From Clostridiales bacterium (GTDB lineage: Bacteria > Bacillota > Clostridia > Oscillospirales > CAG-272), in the NCBI GenBank assembly GCA_016288155.1, contig JAEEYP010000034.1, positions 9,136 through 73,135 of the forward strand: 64,000 nt of DNA, read 5' to 3'. The notes beneath the pieces are model-generated. The model saw nothing but the letters and a program-made list of their open reading frames with translations. It searched no databases and had not been told where the DNA came from. Positions 17,558 through 27,500 of the stretch are shown one piece after another (positions within the stretch are counted from its first letter, which is position 1; each line of letters opens with the position of its first letter). The position numbers were made by a program, and so were the translations under genes.

Positions 17558-20500
17558 ATGAAAAAGATTCTTTCTCTCGTCCTCGCTCTGGTTCTGACGC
17601 TCAGCTTCCTGCCGATGGCGTTTGCTGCTGAAGAACCGTCCGAGGTTTCCCCGTATCAGGAGGCCATCGACTTCTTGAAGAACGAGAAGATCTGGCTGTA
17701 CCACGGGGATGGCACCGGCGACGCTGCCCTCGAGGATGTCACTCGTTGGCAGATGGCGCTGTTCGTGGCCCGTTTCATCACCGGCGAGACCGAGGATGCA
17801 TTCTGGAACACGGACGAAAACGCTTCCGGTTTCACGGATGTCGAGGAGTTTGAGGGCAGCAGCCCGGCGACTCTCGGCGCGATCTCCTTCGCTTCCCAGA
17901 AGGGTATCGTTAACGGTATCGGCGGCGGTCTGTTCGACCCCACCTCCAACGTTACCTATCAGGACGCGATCGTCATGGTCGTTCGTTCCCTGGGCTTCAA
18001 CTACAAGTCCAGCCAGTATCCGTGGAGCTACATCAACAAGGCGCGTGAGCTCGGACTCCTTGCCGGCATCTCCGGCATCCAGTACACCGAGGCTGCTCCG
18101 CGCGGCGTGGTTGCTCAGCTTCTCTACAACGCTCTGTTCGCGGACGTTCCGAGCCTGAGCGGCGACAACTTCACCGTTGGTGAGACCGTGTTCGGCGTGA
18201 CCAGAGGCGTTGCCATGGTTACCGCTTCCAACCGCGTTGTCTTCACGAACACCGGCAAGAAGGTCACCCGCGCTAACTGCGTAGAGATCAAGTTCCTCAA
18301 CGAGGACGGCATCCCTGCGGGTCCCGCGTACTACGTACCGGCCTTCAATCTCGACCAGAACCTCACCAGCGATGCGAAGATCGACGCTGCTGTCGGCACC
18401 ACCTACTATGTGTACTATGCTGACGGCGAGATCATCAAGGCTGAGCCCCTGTCCGAGGTCTTCTGGAACAACGCTCTTAAGGACCTGACTCAGATCGCCG
18501 ACTTCAAAAACGGCTCTCTGAAGGTCAACGGCATCACCTACAACCTCAAGACCGCGTTCTCTGATCTCCAGCATGCCAACGGCACCGACTACTCCTCCGC
18601 CAAAGAGATGGTCCTCTACCAGGTGGACGCTCTTCAGGGTGAAGGCGGCGACGTGATCGGCTACAGCAAGTATCTTGCTACCGGCGATCCCGGCGACATC
18701 TACGACATCACGTGGTCCCTTGTCGACCCGGTCGTGTATTACAACGATGAACTCGGCATTTACTACGAGAAGGACGGCAACGGCGGCTTCAATCTTCTCT
18801 CTGAGGACTATGTCAGAGCGAAGTATCTCGTCAACGCTCAGGTCGTCAACTCCGGCTTCAGGAGAATTACCGACGCCAGCAAATACAGCAACAGCTTCGC
18901 TAAGATCGTTGTCTCCGACGTGAAGGGCGCCAACGGCGAGAAGATCGCTTACATCCAGCAGTACTACTTCGGTCAGCTCTGGACGGACGGCAACGGCAAG
19001 CTTCATGCCACTATCGGCAACGACGGTAAATGGGGCTTCAATAACTACGTCAACGGCACCGACGTGTACACGCAGATCGGCGATCTCACGATCACTGCGA
19101 AGAACAGCGGCGTGAAGATCGGTATCTATGCGCTCAACCAGGCTACCAAGACGCTTGAGATCCTCGCTCTCGAAGATCCGGATACCGTTTCCGGTTATCT
19201 CCGCGGCTGGAACCTCAACGAAAGCATGGTCAAGATCGGCGACACCGAGTACACCTACGGTTACGACAATGTGAAGTCTCCCGCGATCAAGTCCAAGGTC
19301 AACGTTGATAACCTTAAGAACATCAGCGGCATGATCAACCAGTACGTCACCGCTCACTTCTTCCAGGGCAAGATCGTCTGGCTCGAAGTGACCGGCATCG
19401 GCACCAACGATTTCATCGTGGCTGACCAGATCGTTGCTTACGGCCAGGACGGCATCACCGTCAAGGCGTACACCACGATCGACAACGCCTACAAGGAAAT
19501 CAAGATCACCCACATCAACGGCTGGCAGCTCGGCGGCTATGACGCTGACTACTACCTCAAGTATCTTGCCGGTATCATCACGGCCAACCCGCAGAACCTG
19601 ACGGCCCCGATCGATACCTACACGCTCTACAGCGTCATCAGCGCTGCGAACGACGAGTACAACATCACTGTTGTCGGCGATCCGCGCGTTGAGAATGCGA
19701 ACTTCAAGGTCTACGACAGTGACTACATCACCGGCGTGGATGAAGGCGGCAACTTCGACTCCACCAAGCTCTGCACCAAGAAGGACAACGACTTCTGGCT
19801 CATCCTTATCCCTGAGTACAAGCTCGAGAAGGACGGCGAGACTTATCCTGCTCAGATCATCAGCTACAACGGCAAGCTGAGCGCGATTGATCTCTCCGCC
19901 GACGCTTACGATCCGAGCGGTCTCGACAACTACAAGTGGAAGACCGAAGGCGGTCAGGCTGACCGTGTCTTCATCGCCGGTCTTGATGACGATGGAGTTC
20001 TCATCAATCCTGATCTCCTCGACATGTTCGCGGATCTCACCGCTTCCTCTGTCGAGTACGTCCTCTACTCCTACAGCCCGTACAACCTCGGCTACTCGCT
20101 GGTTTACAACTACGGCAGCGCGTTTGGTTATGCGGTTCTGGTCTACAACTTCAAGGACGGCGCTGCTCTGAACGTCAAGCTTGATCCTGTGAAGGCTACC
20201 ACTTACTACAACGAAGAGCTCCAGGTCATCCCGGTTGGTCCGGATGGCATGGAAGACGGTGAGATCTACGTCGTCAGTGACGGCGAGATCCTCGGCAAGT
20301 ACGCCGGTGCGGTGGAAGACATCGTGACGAAGGCTTATATGCCGTCTGATGCCCGCAACAAGGGCGGCGACCAGGTCTTCAACATCGAAGCTTCCAACAA
20401 CTTCGACGCTGTCGCTACGAAGATCGCTGAGCAGATCGCGGCCATGAAGGCTGAGATCGATGAGATCGACGATGCGAACATCCCGTCTTACGTCCCGCTC

Positions 20501-21079
20501 TTCAAGGGCAACGTGACCATTCATGCTGCCTACAAGGAGAACAGCTACGTCACGAGACTCCACGTTGCGAAGTACAACGCCAACACGTGGAAGGCCAACA
20601 TGATCCCCGGCGGCACGATGTGGACTGTTGCGTACATCATCGACAAGGACTACAACGTTGACGCGTGGATCATCCCGGGCGACGCTTCCTCTGAGGGCGA
20701 AGGCACCGTGGTCAGCTTCACTACTGATAAGGGCGCTGATCTCCTTCAGTACGTTGACAACGAGGACGATGACGACACGAACGATATGACGGTCACCATC
20801 GAAACCGACAACATTGCCGGCACGGCGGTCTACACCGTCACGATCCCGACCGAGAACGGTCACCCGCTCGCGTTCGTTTCTCCTGACGATGACGCCATGG
20901 CCATCGAAGCGGAAGACGAGAACGGCGTCGTTTATGCCGGCTCGTACACGCTTGACGACAGCGGTAAGCGCATCGCTTCCGTGACGATCGAGGACGTCGA
21001 TGCGGCTGCTACGCAGCTGACCATCTACTCCCTTGACCGCATCGCTTGGGGCAACTTCACCATCGTCGTCACTCCGTAA
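17558..21079 (+). CDS. SLH-domain cell-surface protein (probable S-layer protein)
   Basis: Signal peptide MKKILSLVLALVLTLSFLPMAFA|AEE. Three N-terminal SLH-like repeats (e.g. FTDVEEFEGS...ISFASQKGIVNGIGGGLFDP...VTYQDAIVMVVRSLG). Codon usage and GC differ from the neighbours. Confidence 0.85.
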   Translation: MKKILSLVLALVLTLSFLPMAFAAEEPSEVSPYQEAIDFLKNEKIWLYHGDGTGDAALEDVTRWQMALFVARFITGETEDAFWNTDENASGFTDVEEFEGSSPATLGAISFASQKGIVNGIGGGLFDPTSNVTYQDAIVMVVRSLGFNYKSSQYPWSYINKARELGLLAGISGIQYTEAAPRGVVAQLLYNALFADVPSLSGDNFTVGETVFGVTRGVAMVTASNRVVFTNTGKKVTRANCVEIKFLNEDGIPAGPAYYVPAFNLDQNLTSDAKIDAAVGTTYYVYYADGEIIKAEPLSEVFWNNALKDLTQIADFKNGSLKVNGITYNLKTAFSDLQHANGTDYSSAKEMVLYQVDALQGEGGDVIGYSKYLATGDPGDIYDITWSLVDPVVYYNDELGIYYEKDGNGGFNLLSEDYVRAKYLVNAQVVNSGFRRITDASKYSNSFAKIVVSDVKGANGEKIAYIQQYYFGQLWTDGNGKLHATIGNDGKWGFNNYVNGTDVYTQIGDLTITAKNSGVKIGIYALNQATKTLEILALEDPDTVSGYLRGWNLNESMVKIGDTEYTYGYDNVKSPAIKSKVNVDNLKNISGMINQYVTAHFFQGKIVWLEVTGIGTNDFIVADQIVAYGQDGITVKAYTTIDNAYKEIKITHINGWQLGGYDADYYLKYLAGIITANPQNLTAPIDTYTLYSVISAANDEYNITVVGDPRVENANFKVYDSDYITGVDEGGNFDSTKLCTKKDNDFWLILIPEYKLEKDGETYPAQIISYNGKLSAIDLSADAYDPSGLDNYKWKTEGGQADRVFIAGLDDDGVLINPDLLDMFADLTASSVEYVLYSYSPYNLGYSLVYNYGSAFGYAVLVYNFKDGAALNVKLDPVKATTYYNEELQVIPVGPDGMEDGEIYVVSDGEILGKYAGAVEDIVTKAYMPSDARNKGGDQVFNIEASNNFDAVATKIAEQIAAMKAEIDEIDDANIPSYVPLFKGNVTIHAAYKENSYVTRLHVAKYNANTWKANMIPGGTMWTVAYIIDKDYNVDAWIIPGDASSEGEGTVVSFTTDKGADLLQYVDNEDDDDTNDMTVTIETDNIAGTAVYTVTIPTENGHPLAFVSPDDDAMAIEAEDENGVVYAGSYTLDDSGKRIASVTIEDVDAAATQLTIYSLDRIAWGNFTIVVTP

Positions 21080-21097
21080 TCCCTCAACCAATGCAAG

Positions 21098-21128
21098 AAA
21101 AGGCGCCTTCGGGCGCCTTTTTCTTTGC
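21098..21128 (+). terminator. Rho-independent terminator after the S-layer gene
   Basis: aaaggcgcc-ttcg-ggcgccttt followed by ttctttg. Confidence 0.85.
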
Positions 21129-21198
21129 CTATGCGCATATTTGTCCGCGCCGGGGCATATCTTGCAGCAACAATGAATCGGACAGGAAAGGAATCATT

Positions 21199-22704
21199 AT
21201 GGAATCAACCGCTGTGCTGCACGTCCCCGCGCTGCTCGCCTCTGTCTCCCATGAGGTAAGTGAGGACTTCCTTCTGCCGGAATACCTCCCGGCGATCCGC
21301 CGCATCGTCACCGTCGAGGCGACGCCGCTCCCCGAAAACCGCTATCTGAGCGGCGGCGCGATCGAGTTCGGCGGGACCGCCGCGTACTCCGTGCTCTATC
21401 TCGGCGAGGACGGCGGCGTGAGCTGCGTGCCGCTCACCTCCGAGTACGTCGTCTCCTCGGCGCTCGGCGACGCGGAGGTCTCCGACGCCTCCTCCGTCGG
21501 GATCGACACGGCGGCGGAGAGCGTGACCTGCCGCGTCACGGGACCGCGCCGTCTCTCGATCCGCTGTCGGATGCGGACGAATCTCTGCGCGCTCGCGCCG
21601 CGCGCGCTGCGCGATCCCGCGCAGGATGCCTCCGGCGCGGAGGAGATCGTGCAGCGGCTGTACGCGGAGGCGCCGGACACGGAGTTCTTTCGCGGCGAGC
21701 TGACCGCGTCGGCGTCCGGTACGCTGACGCCCGGCGCGGGCGCGCGCGTGATCCGCTGTACGGGTGCGATCCATATCGAGCAGGCGACGGCGACGGCGGA
21801 TGCGGTCACCGTGCGCGGCGCGGCGATCCTGCACGCGCTGTGCCTCATGCCGGACGGCGGTTTTTCCGTCCTGACCGCACGCGCGCCGATCGAGGATACC
21901 GTGACGGTGCCCGGCGCGCAGGAGGGCGATGCGGCGCGCGCCTGGGGACGGAGCGCTGCCGTGACGCTCAAATCCGCCTCCGGCGAGGCGGACGGGGAGG
22001 TCTCCTGGGAGATCGAATACGATCTGGAGGCGGAGGCGGCGCGCGCCGGGCACTGTCCCTTTACGGCGGACGCCTATGCGATGGGCTGTCCCGCTGAACT
22101 GAAATACACGGAAACGGAGGGCGTGCGCCTGCTGCGCTGCGGATGCTCCGCCGTGACGGTGAGCGGAGAGAGCGGGCGGCAGAGCAAGCCCGCGCCCGGC
22201 GAGCGCGTGATCGACGTCGGCGCCGTTCCTTCGGCGACGCAGCTCGAGCGGGCAGGCACGCGGCTGTCACTGCGCGGCGAGTGCGCCGTCAGCGTGCTGA
22301 TCGCCGCGGACGGCGACGTCGTAAGTGAGGAGTTCACGCTGCCGTTCCGCTGTGACGTGCCGGCGCTCGCGGAGAGCGGCGGCGAACTGCTCTGGCGCGC
22401 CGCGGTGAGCGTCTGCTCCGTGACCGCGCGGACGGAGGGGGATCGGATCACCGCCGACCTCGACCTCGACGTCAGCCTGCTCGCGATGGCGCGCGAGCCG
22501 GTGCGCGCGGTGGAAGCCGTCGTGCCCGACCGCGCGTCGCCGTATCCGTCCTTCGACGGGACGCTGCGGATCTGCTATCCGGACCCGGGCGAGACCGTAT
22601 GGTCGGTCGCGAAGCGGTACGGCGCCGCGCATGAGGCGCTCGCGGAGGCGAACGGTCTCGAACCCGGCGCGCCGTGCGCCGGTCCGGTGCTCATCGGGGG
22701 ATAA
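21199..22704 (+). CDS. DUF3794-type protein with C-terminal LysM domain (SipL/SpoVID-like spore morphogenetic protein candidate)
   Basis: Start MESTAVLHVP. LPEYLPAIRRIVTVEA...GGAIEFGGTAAYSVLY is typical of DUF3794 repeats. The C-terminus RICYPDPGETVWSVAKRYGAAHEALAEANGL is a LysM motif. Confidence 0.6.
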   Translation: MESTAVLHVPALLASVSHEVSEDFLLPEYLPAIRRIVTVEATPLPENRYLSGGAIEFGGTAAYSVLYLGEDGGVSCVPLTSEYVVSSALGDAEVSDASSVGIDTAAESVTCRVTGPRRLSIRCRMRTNLCALAPRALRDPAQDASGAEEIVQRLYAEAPDTEFFRGELTASASGTLTPGAGARVIRCTGAIHIEQATATADAVTVRGAAILHALCLMPDGGFSVLTARAPIEDTVTVPGAQEGDAARAWGRSAAVTLKSASGEADGEVSWEIEYDLEAEAARAGHCPFTADAYAMGCPAELKYTETEGVRLLRCGCSAVTVSGESGRQSKPAPGERVIDVGAVPSATQLERAGTRLSLRGECAVSVLIAADGDVVSEEFTLPFRCDVPALAESGGELLWRAAVSVCSVTARTEGDRITADLDLDVSLLAMAREPVRAVEAVVPDRASPYPSFDGTLRICYPDPGETVWSVAKRYGAAHEALAEANGLEPGAPCAGPVLIGG

Positions 22705-22711
22705 GCGGCAA

Positions 22712-22762
22712 AAAAGAAAAGCACTTTTGACGACCGTGCGGTTATCAAAAGTGCTTTTTGCG
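22712..22762. terminator. Bidirectional terminator between convergent genes
   Basis: aaaagcacttttga-N14-tcaaaagtgctttt, with A-run and T-run flanks. Confidence 0.8.
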
Positions 22763-22771
22763 CGATGCGGG

Positions 22772-23734
22772 TTATCTGCCGAGGGAGGCGGCGCCGATGA
22801 TGCCGGCGTCATTGCCGAGCGCGGCGATGCAGAGCTTCGTCTTCGGCTCGCGGTCCTTCGTATAGACTTCCTTGAAGACGCGCTCGTTCAGCGGGTTGAG
22901 GAGGTAATCGCCCTCATGGCAGATGCCGCCGCCGATGGAGAGAACGTCCGGCTGGAAGATGTTGATCATGTTCGCAAGCCCGCAGGCGAGGGAATCGATA
23001 TACTCGTTCACGACCTCGAGACCTGCTTCGTCGCCCTGGCGGGCGGCGGCGAAAGCGGTCTTGCCGCTGATCTTCGTGAGATCTCCGCCGATCATCTCTT
23101 CCATGATCGTCTTGCGTCCGGCGGCGCGGCACGCTTCCAGCTTGTCCTTCGTCATGTTGATGAGTCCGGTCGCGGAGGAGTACGCTTCCCAGCAGCCGCG
23201 GCGTCCGCAGGAGCAGGGACGTCCGCCCTCGCGGATGACGGTGTGACCGAGCTCCGTTCCGGCGTAGTTGAAGCCGGAAAAAACCTTGCCCTCGAGGATC
23301 ACGCCGCCGCCGACGCCGGTGCCGAGCGTGATCATCACGGAATAGCGCGCGCCGCGGGCGACGCCTGCCATCGCTTCCGCTTTCGCCGCCGCGTTCGCGT
23401 CGTTCTCGATATAGACCTTCGTGCCGCCGAGGAGAGCGCTGAGTTTTTCGCACATCGGATACATGAAGAACGGGATGTTGTTCGCATACTCGATGACGCC
23501 GGTGGCGGTGTTGGCGGTACCGGGCGTCGCCATGCCGGCAAAGGAGATCTGATCCATCGTGAGACCGGCGTCCGCGACGATCTGCTTGCAGAGCGCGGCG
23601 ATATCGGCGGTGATCTCATCCGCAGGACGCTGGGCGTTCGTCGGGATGCTGCTCTTCTTGAGGATCCGGTAATCGGAATCCACGATACCGACGGCGATGT
23701 TCGTGCCGCCGAGGTCGATGCCAATACTGTACAT
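22772..23734 (-). CDS. glcK: ROK-family glucokinase
   Basis: Start MYSIGIDLGGTNIAVG after aggtga. ROK signature and zinc motif GHTVIREGGRPCSCGRRGCWEAY. The longer ORF-track N-terminus is not used. Confidence 0.85.
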   Translation of the reverse strand: MYSIGIDLGGTNIAVGIVDSDYRILKKSSIPTNAQRPADEITADIAALCKQIVADAGLTMDQISFAGMATPGTANTATGVIEYANNIPFFMYPMCEKLSALLGGTKVYIENDANAAAKAEAMAGVARGARYSVMITLGTGVGGGVILEGKVFSGFNYAGTELGHTVIREGGRPCSCGRRGCWEAYSSATGLINMTKDKLEACRAAGRKTIMEEMIGGDLTKISGKTAFAAARQGDEAGLEVVNEYIDSLACGLANMINIFQPDVLSIGGGICHEGDYLLNPLNERVFKEVYTKDREPKTKLCIAALGNDAGIIGAASLGR

Positions 23735-24303
23735 ACGTGTCACCTCATTTTCGTATTTCTTGGGGGCTGTGTTCATTATATATGTTTTTGAGGCGGCTGT
23801 CAACGGGTTTTGCAAAAAAGCGCGCCAAAGTAGCGGCGCACCGGCGCGGCATACGGCGAAAGCGACGAAAAACGGAAAAGAACAGGAAATACTGGGTGAA
23901 TATGGAAACAGACAGCCAAGCGAGGCCGACGAACAAATGATTTGTTTATTCTGTACATGTGTAGAAAAAACGGATCGGAAATTGTGCAATATGTACACAA
24001 CGTAAATTTTCCTCTGTTTTCCACAGGGAAAAGAGGGGAAAAGTCGAGCCCTGAATTATCATAATGATATTTACTATTTGTGATCGCATTGTGAATGACG
24101 CGCACAAGGCATGTGAAACGGGCGTGTATCCGGAATGAACGGTGAATGTCTCTCTTGTAATGATAAATACAATTTACCGCGTGCAGAAGACACGGGCTGT
24201 CGGGGGAAAAGGGGGAATTGAGCAAAAGTGACAACCGGGGCAAAAGCCGTCCGCGGGCAAACGGCGGGGCGGATCCGCCGCTTTCGGCGCATTTTCGCCG
24301 TTA

Positions 24304-24332
24304 TTGACTTTTGTACGATCTTGTGTTATGAT
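24304..24332 (+). promoter_or_regulatory. Sigma-A-type promoter of the 24.5-37 kb operon
   Basis: TTGACT, 17-nt spacer, TATGAT with TGT extended -10. This leaves a leader of about 230 nt before ATG 24567. Confidence 0.6.
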
Positions 24333-24566
24333 ATAGCATATAAAATGGTGGAGGAATCTGACGATTTTCCATCGTTTTCAGCGTGTCCGACCGAGCCGGG
24401 AGGCCCGGCGGCGCGCCCGCGTTCCCCGTTTTTCCGCCGACGCGCCCTTATTGTTGCGCGGCGGCACGCAAAATCCCTGAGTCAGTGGTCCGGCGGTCCC
24501 GGATCTCCGCCCTCGGGCGGTCCGCAGCCATTTCGCGCCGGATCAAAACAAGAGGAGGAAGCTCGT

Positions 24567-27500
24567 ATGAAAAACACCCGTTTCGGCAGGCTGATCGCGC
24601 TTTTGCTCGCCTTGCTGACGACGTTCGGCTGCGTCGTTCCGATCGCAGCCGCCGACGAGGATTCGTCGCAGTCGTCCGGCACGACGCTGAAGGAGATCAG
24701 CGAGACCCTGAATGCCATTTCCTACGCGCAGTACATGGAGCGCCATCCCGACGCCGTACGCGCCTCGAAGGAACTCAGCATTCCCATCACCGGTTTCAGC
24801 GCGGCGCTGACCACCGCCGCGGTGGAGGTACGCGCCAGCGTGACCGACGGCAACGGCGATTCGAGAACGAACTGCCTGTACGTCGGCGACACCGGGCGCG
24901 TCGTGTGGGAGATCGACGTTCCCGAGAGCGCGCTGTATGCGCTGGAGGTCGAGTACTGCTCGGAGTCCGAAAAAACGAACTCCATCGAGCGTATCCTATA
25001 CATCAACGATAAGGTGCCTTTCGCAGAGGCGCGTTATCTTCAGCTGACCAAAAACTGGGTCCACGGTTACCAGGAGGGCGTGTCCGGCTGGTACAATGCG
25101 GCGGAAGACATCAAGAAACAAAACGACAACCGTTCGGATCCGTCCGTCCTCGAAGGCATCCCGTTCAAGCGCGATACGCTCGGCAACGAGCTGCGCCCGA
25201 AGACGGTATGCACGCGCAAGTGGATGAAGCAGTCCTTCTACGATCCGAACGGCTGCTACCAGAATCCGCTGGAGTTCTACCTGGAGAAGGGAAAGAACAC
25301 CATAGCGTTTGAGTCCGTGCGCGAGGATATCGTCATCTCGGCGGTCCGCCTCTATCCGTACGAGCCGCTGCCGACGTATGCCGAGCTGGCGGGTCAGTAC
25401 TCTTCCAAGGGCTACAAGGAAGGATCGGATGAGATCTACATCGTCGGGGAGATGCCGTCTGCCGTAGCGCAGTATACGCTGTACCCCGTGTACGACCGCT
25501 CCTCCGCCATCACCGAGCCGCAGCACCCGACGAAGGTGCTTCTGAACACCATCGGTTCCGGCGGTTCTTCAGGTTCCAATAAATGGTCGACGTCCGGCGA
25601 GTGGATCGAATGGGAATTCGAGATCACAAGCGCGGGGCTTTATACGATCGCGCCTCGTTTCCGCCAGGCGGAAATGGACGGTCTGTACGTGTCCCGCCGC
25701 CTGTTCATCGACGGCAAGGTCCCGTGCGAGGAAGCGAACGCGTTCCGCTTCGGCTATTCCTCCGACTGGCAGATCGCCGCGCTGGGCGACGGCAACGGCA
25801 ACGCCTATCAGTTCTATCTTGAACCGGGCGTGCACACCATCCGCCTTGAGGTCACGCTCGGCGACATGGGCGTCATCGCCCGCCGCGTCAACGAGATGCT
25901 GAACAGCATCAACAAGTCCTACCTTGAGATCCTGAAGCTGACCGGCGCGGTCCCGGACGAGTACCGCGACTACGGCTTCAACCGCGTCATGCCCGATACG
26001 ATCGCCAACCTGCTCACGCAGAGCGTCGCGCTCCGCGAGATCATCGACTATCTGGAGATGATGAACGGCATCAAGAGCGAGTACTCCTCTACGCTCGAAC
26101 AGATCGCCAACCTGCTGGAGAAGATGGGCACGGACGAGGACGAGATCGCCAAGAACGTCAGCGACCTGAAGAGCTACGTCGGCTCTCTCGGTACGTGGGT
26201 CGCCAACATCTCCAAGCAGCCGCTCGAGATCGACTATATCCTCGTGCAGGCTGAGTCGAAGTCTTTGCCGAAGGCGGTCGCCGGGTTCTTCACGAACTTC
26301 TGGCATGAGATCAAGATGTTCTTCGGCTCTTTCTTCACCGATTACAACTCCCTCGGCGGTGAGACGTCGGTCGAGGAGCAGGGCTCCGTGATCGCATGGG
26401 TCTCGACCGGCCGTGACCAGGCGCAGATCATGCGCAGTCTGATCGACAACAAGTTTACGCCGACCTCCAACATCGCCGTCAGCCTGAAGCTCGTCGCGGG
26501 CGGCACGCTGCTTCCGTCCGTGCTCGCGGGCGCCGGTCCGGACGTCGCGCTGGACGGCGCGGACCCGATCAACTACGCGATCCGCGGCGCGGTCCTTCCG
26601 CTCAACGATTTCGATACGTTCGACGAGGTCGTCACGCGCTTCACGGAGGCCGCGCTGATCCCGCTGTCGCTGTACGGCAAGACCTACGCGCTGCCGGAAA
26701 CGCAGACCTTCTCCATGCTCTTCTACCGCAAGGACATCCTCGCGGACCTCGGCCTCGAGATCCCGAAGACGTGGGACGACATGCTCGCGATGGTCCCTGT
26801 CCTTCAATTTAATAATATGACGATCGGCCTGCCGAACGACTACACGCTCTTCATGTATCAGCGGGGCGGCGAGCTGTGGGTGGACGACGGCATGCGCATC
26901 AACCTCGACGCGAACACGTCGCTCGAGGCGTTCGAGGACATGTGCAACATGTTCACGCAGTATTCGCTGCCGTACTCCTACGACCTGGCGAACCGCTTCA
27001 AGACCGGCGAGATGCCGATCGGCATCGCCGGCTACACGACGTACAACCAGCTGATCCTCTTCGCCACCGAGATCGCCGGTCTGTGGGAGATGGCTCCTCT
27101 GCCCGGCACGATGGACGAGGACGGGAACATCAACAATCTTTCGATGTCCGGCTCCGCCGGTATCGTCATGATGAAGGACGCCGAGAGGACGGACAACAAG
27201 GAGAACGCGTGGCGCTTCATGGACTGGTGGGTCTCCCGTGACTTCCAGGTCGACTACGCGAACGAGCTCGTCGCCGTGCTCGGCCCCGCCGGCAAGCACG
27301 CGACCGCCAACGTCGAAGCGCTCGAGGAGCTGCCGTGGTCTTCCGAGGAATACAAGAACCTGCACGCGCAGATGATGAACCTCGCCGCGGTCACTCCGTA
27401 TCCGGGCAGCTACTTCGTCGGCCGTTATACGGGCTTCGCGTTCACCGACGCGTACAACAAGCATCTGGATCCCGTGGAGTCCCTGCTCAACTACATCAAC

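Noticed and set aside
16559-21091. A 1510-aa minus-strand ORF spanning the esterase and S-layer genes.
   Set aside because: It is a codon-aligned antisense artefact of the same kind. The plus strand has a signal peptide, SLH repeats, a promoter, an RBS and a terminator.
24228-24566. An upstream in-frame extension (113 codons) of the giant SBP gene.
   Set aside because: It would bury the signal peptide internally. A strong RBS directly precedes ATG 24567, and the promoter at 24304 lies inside the extension.
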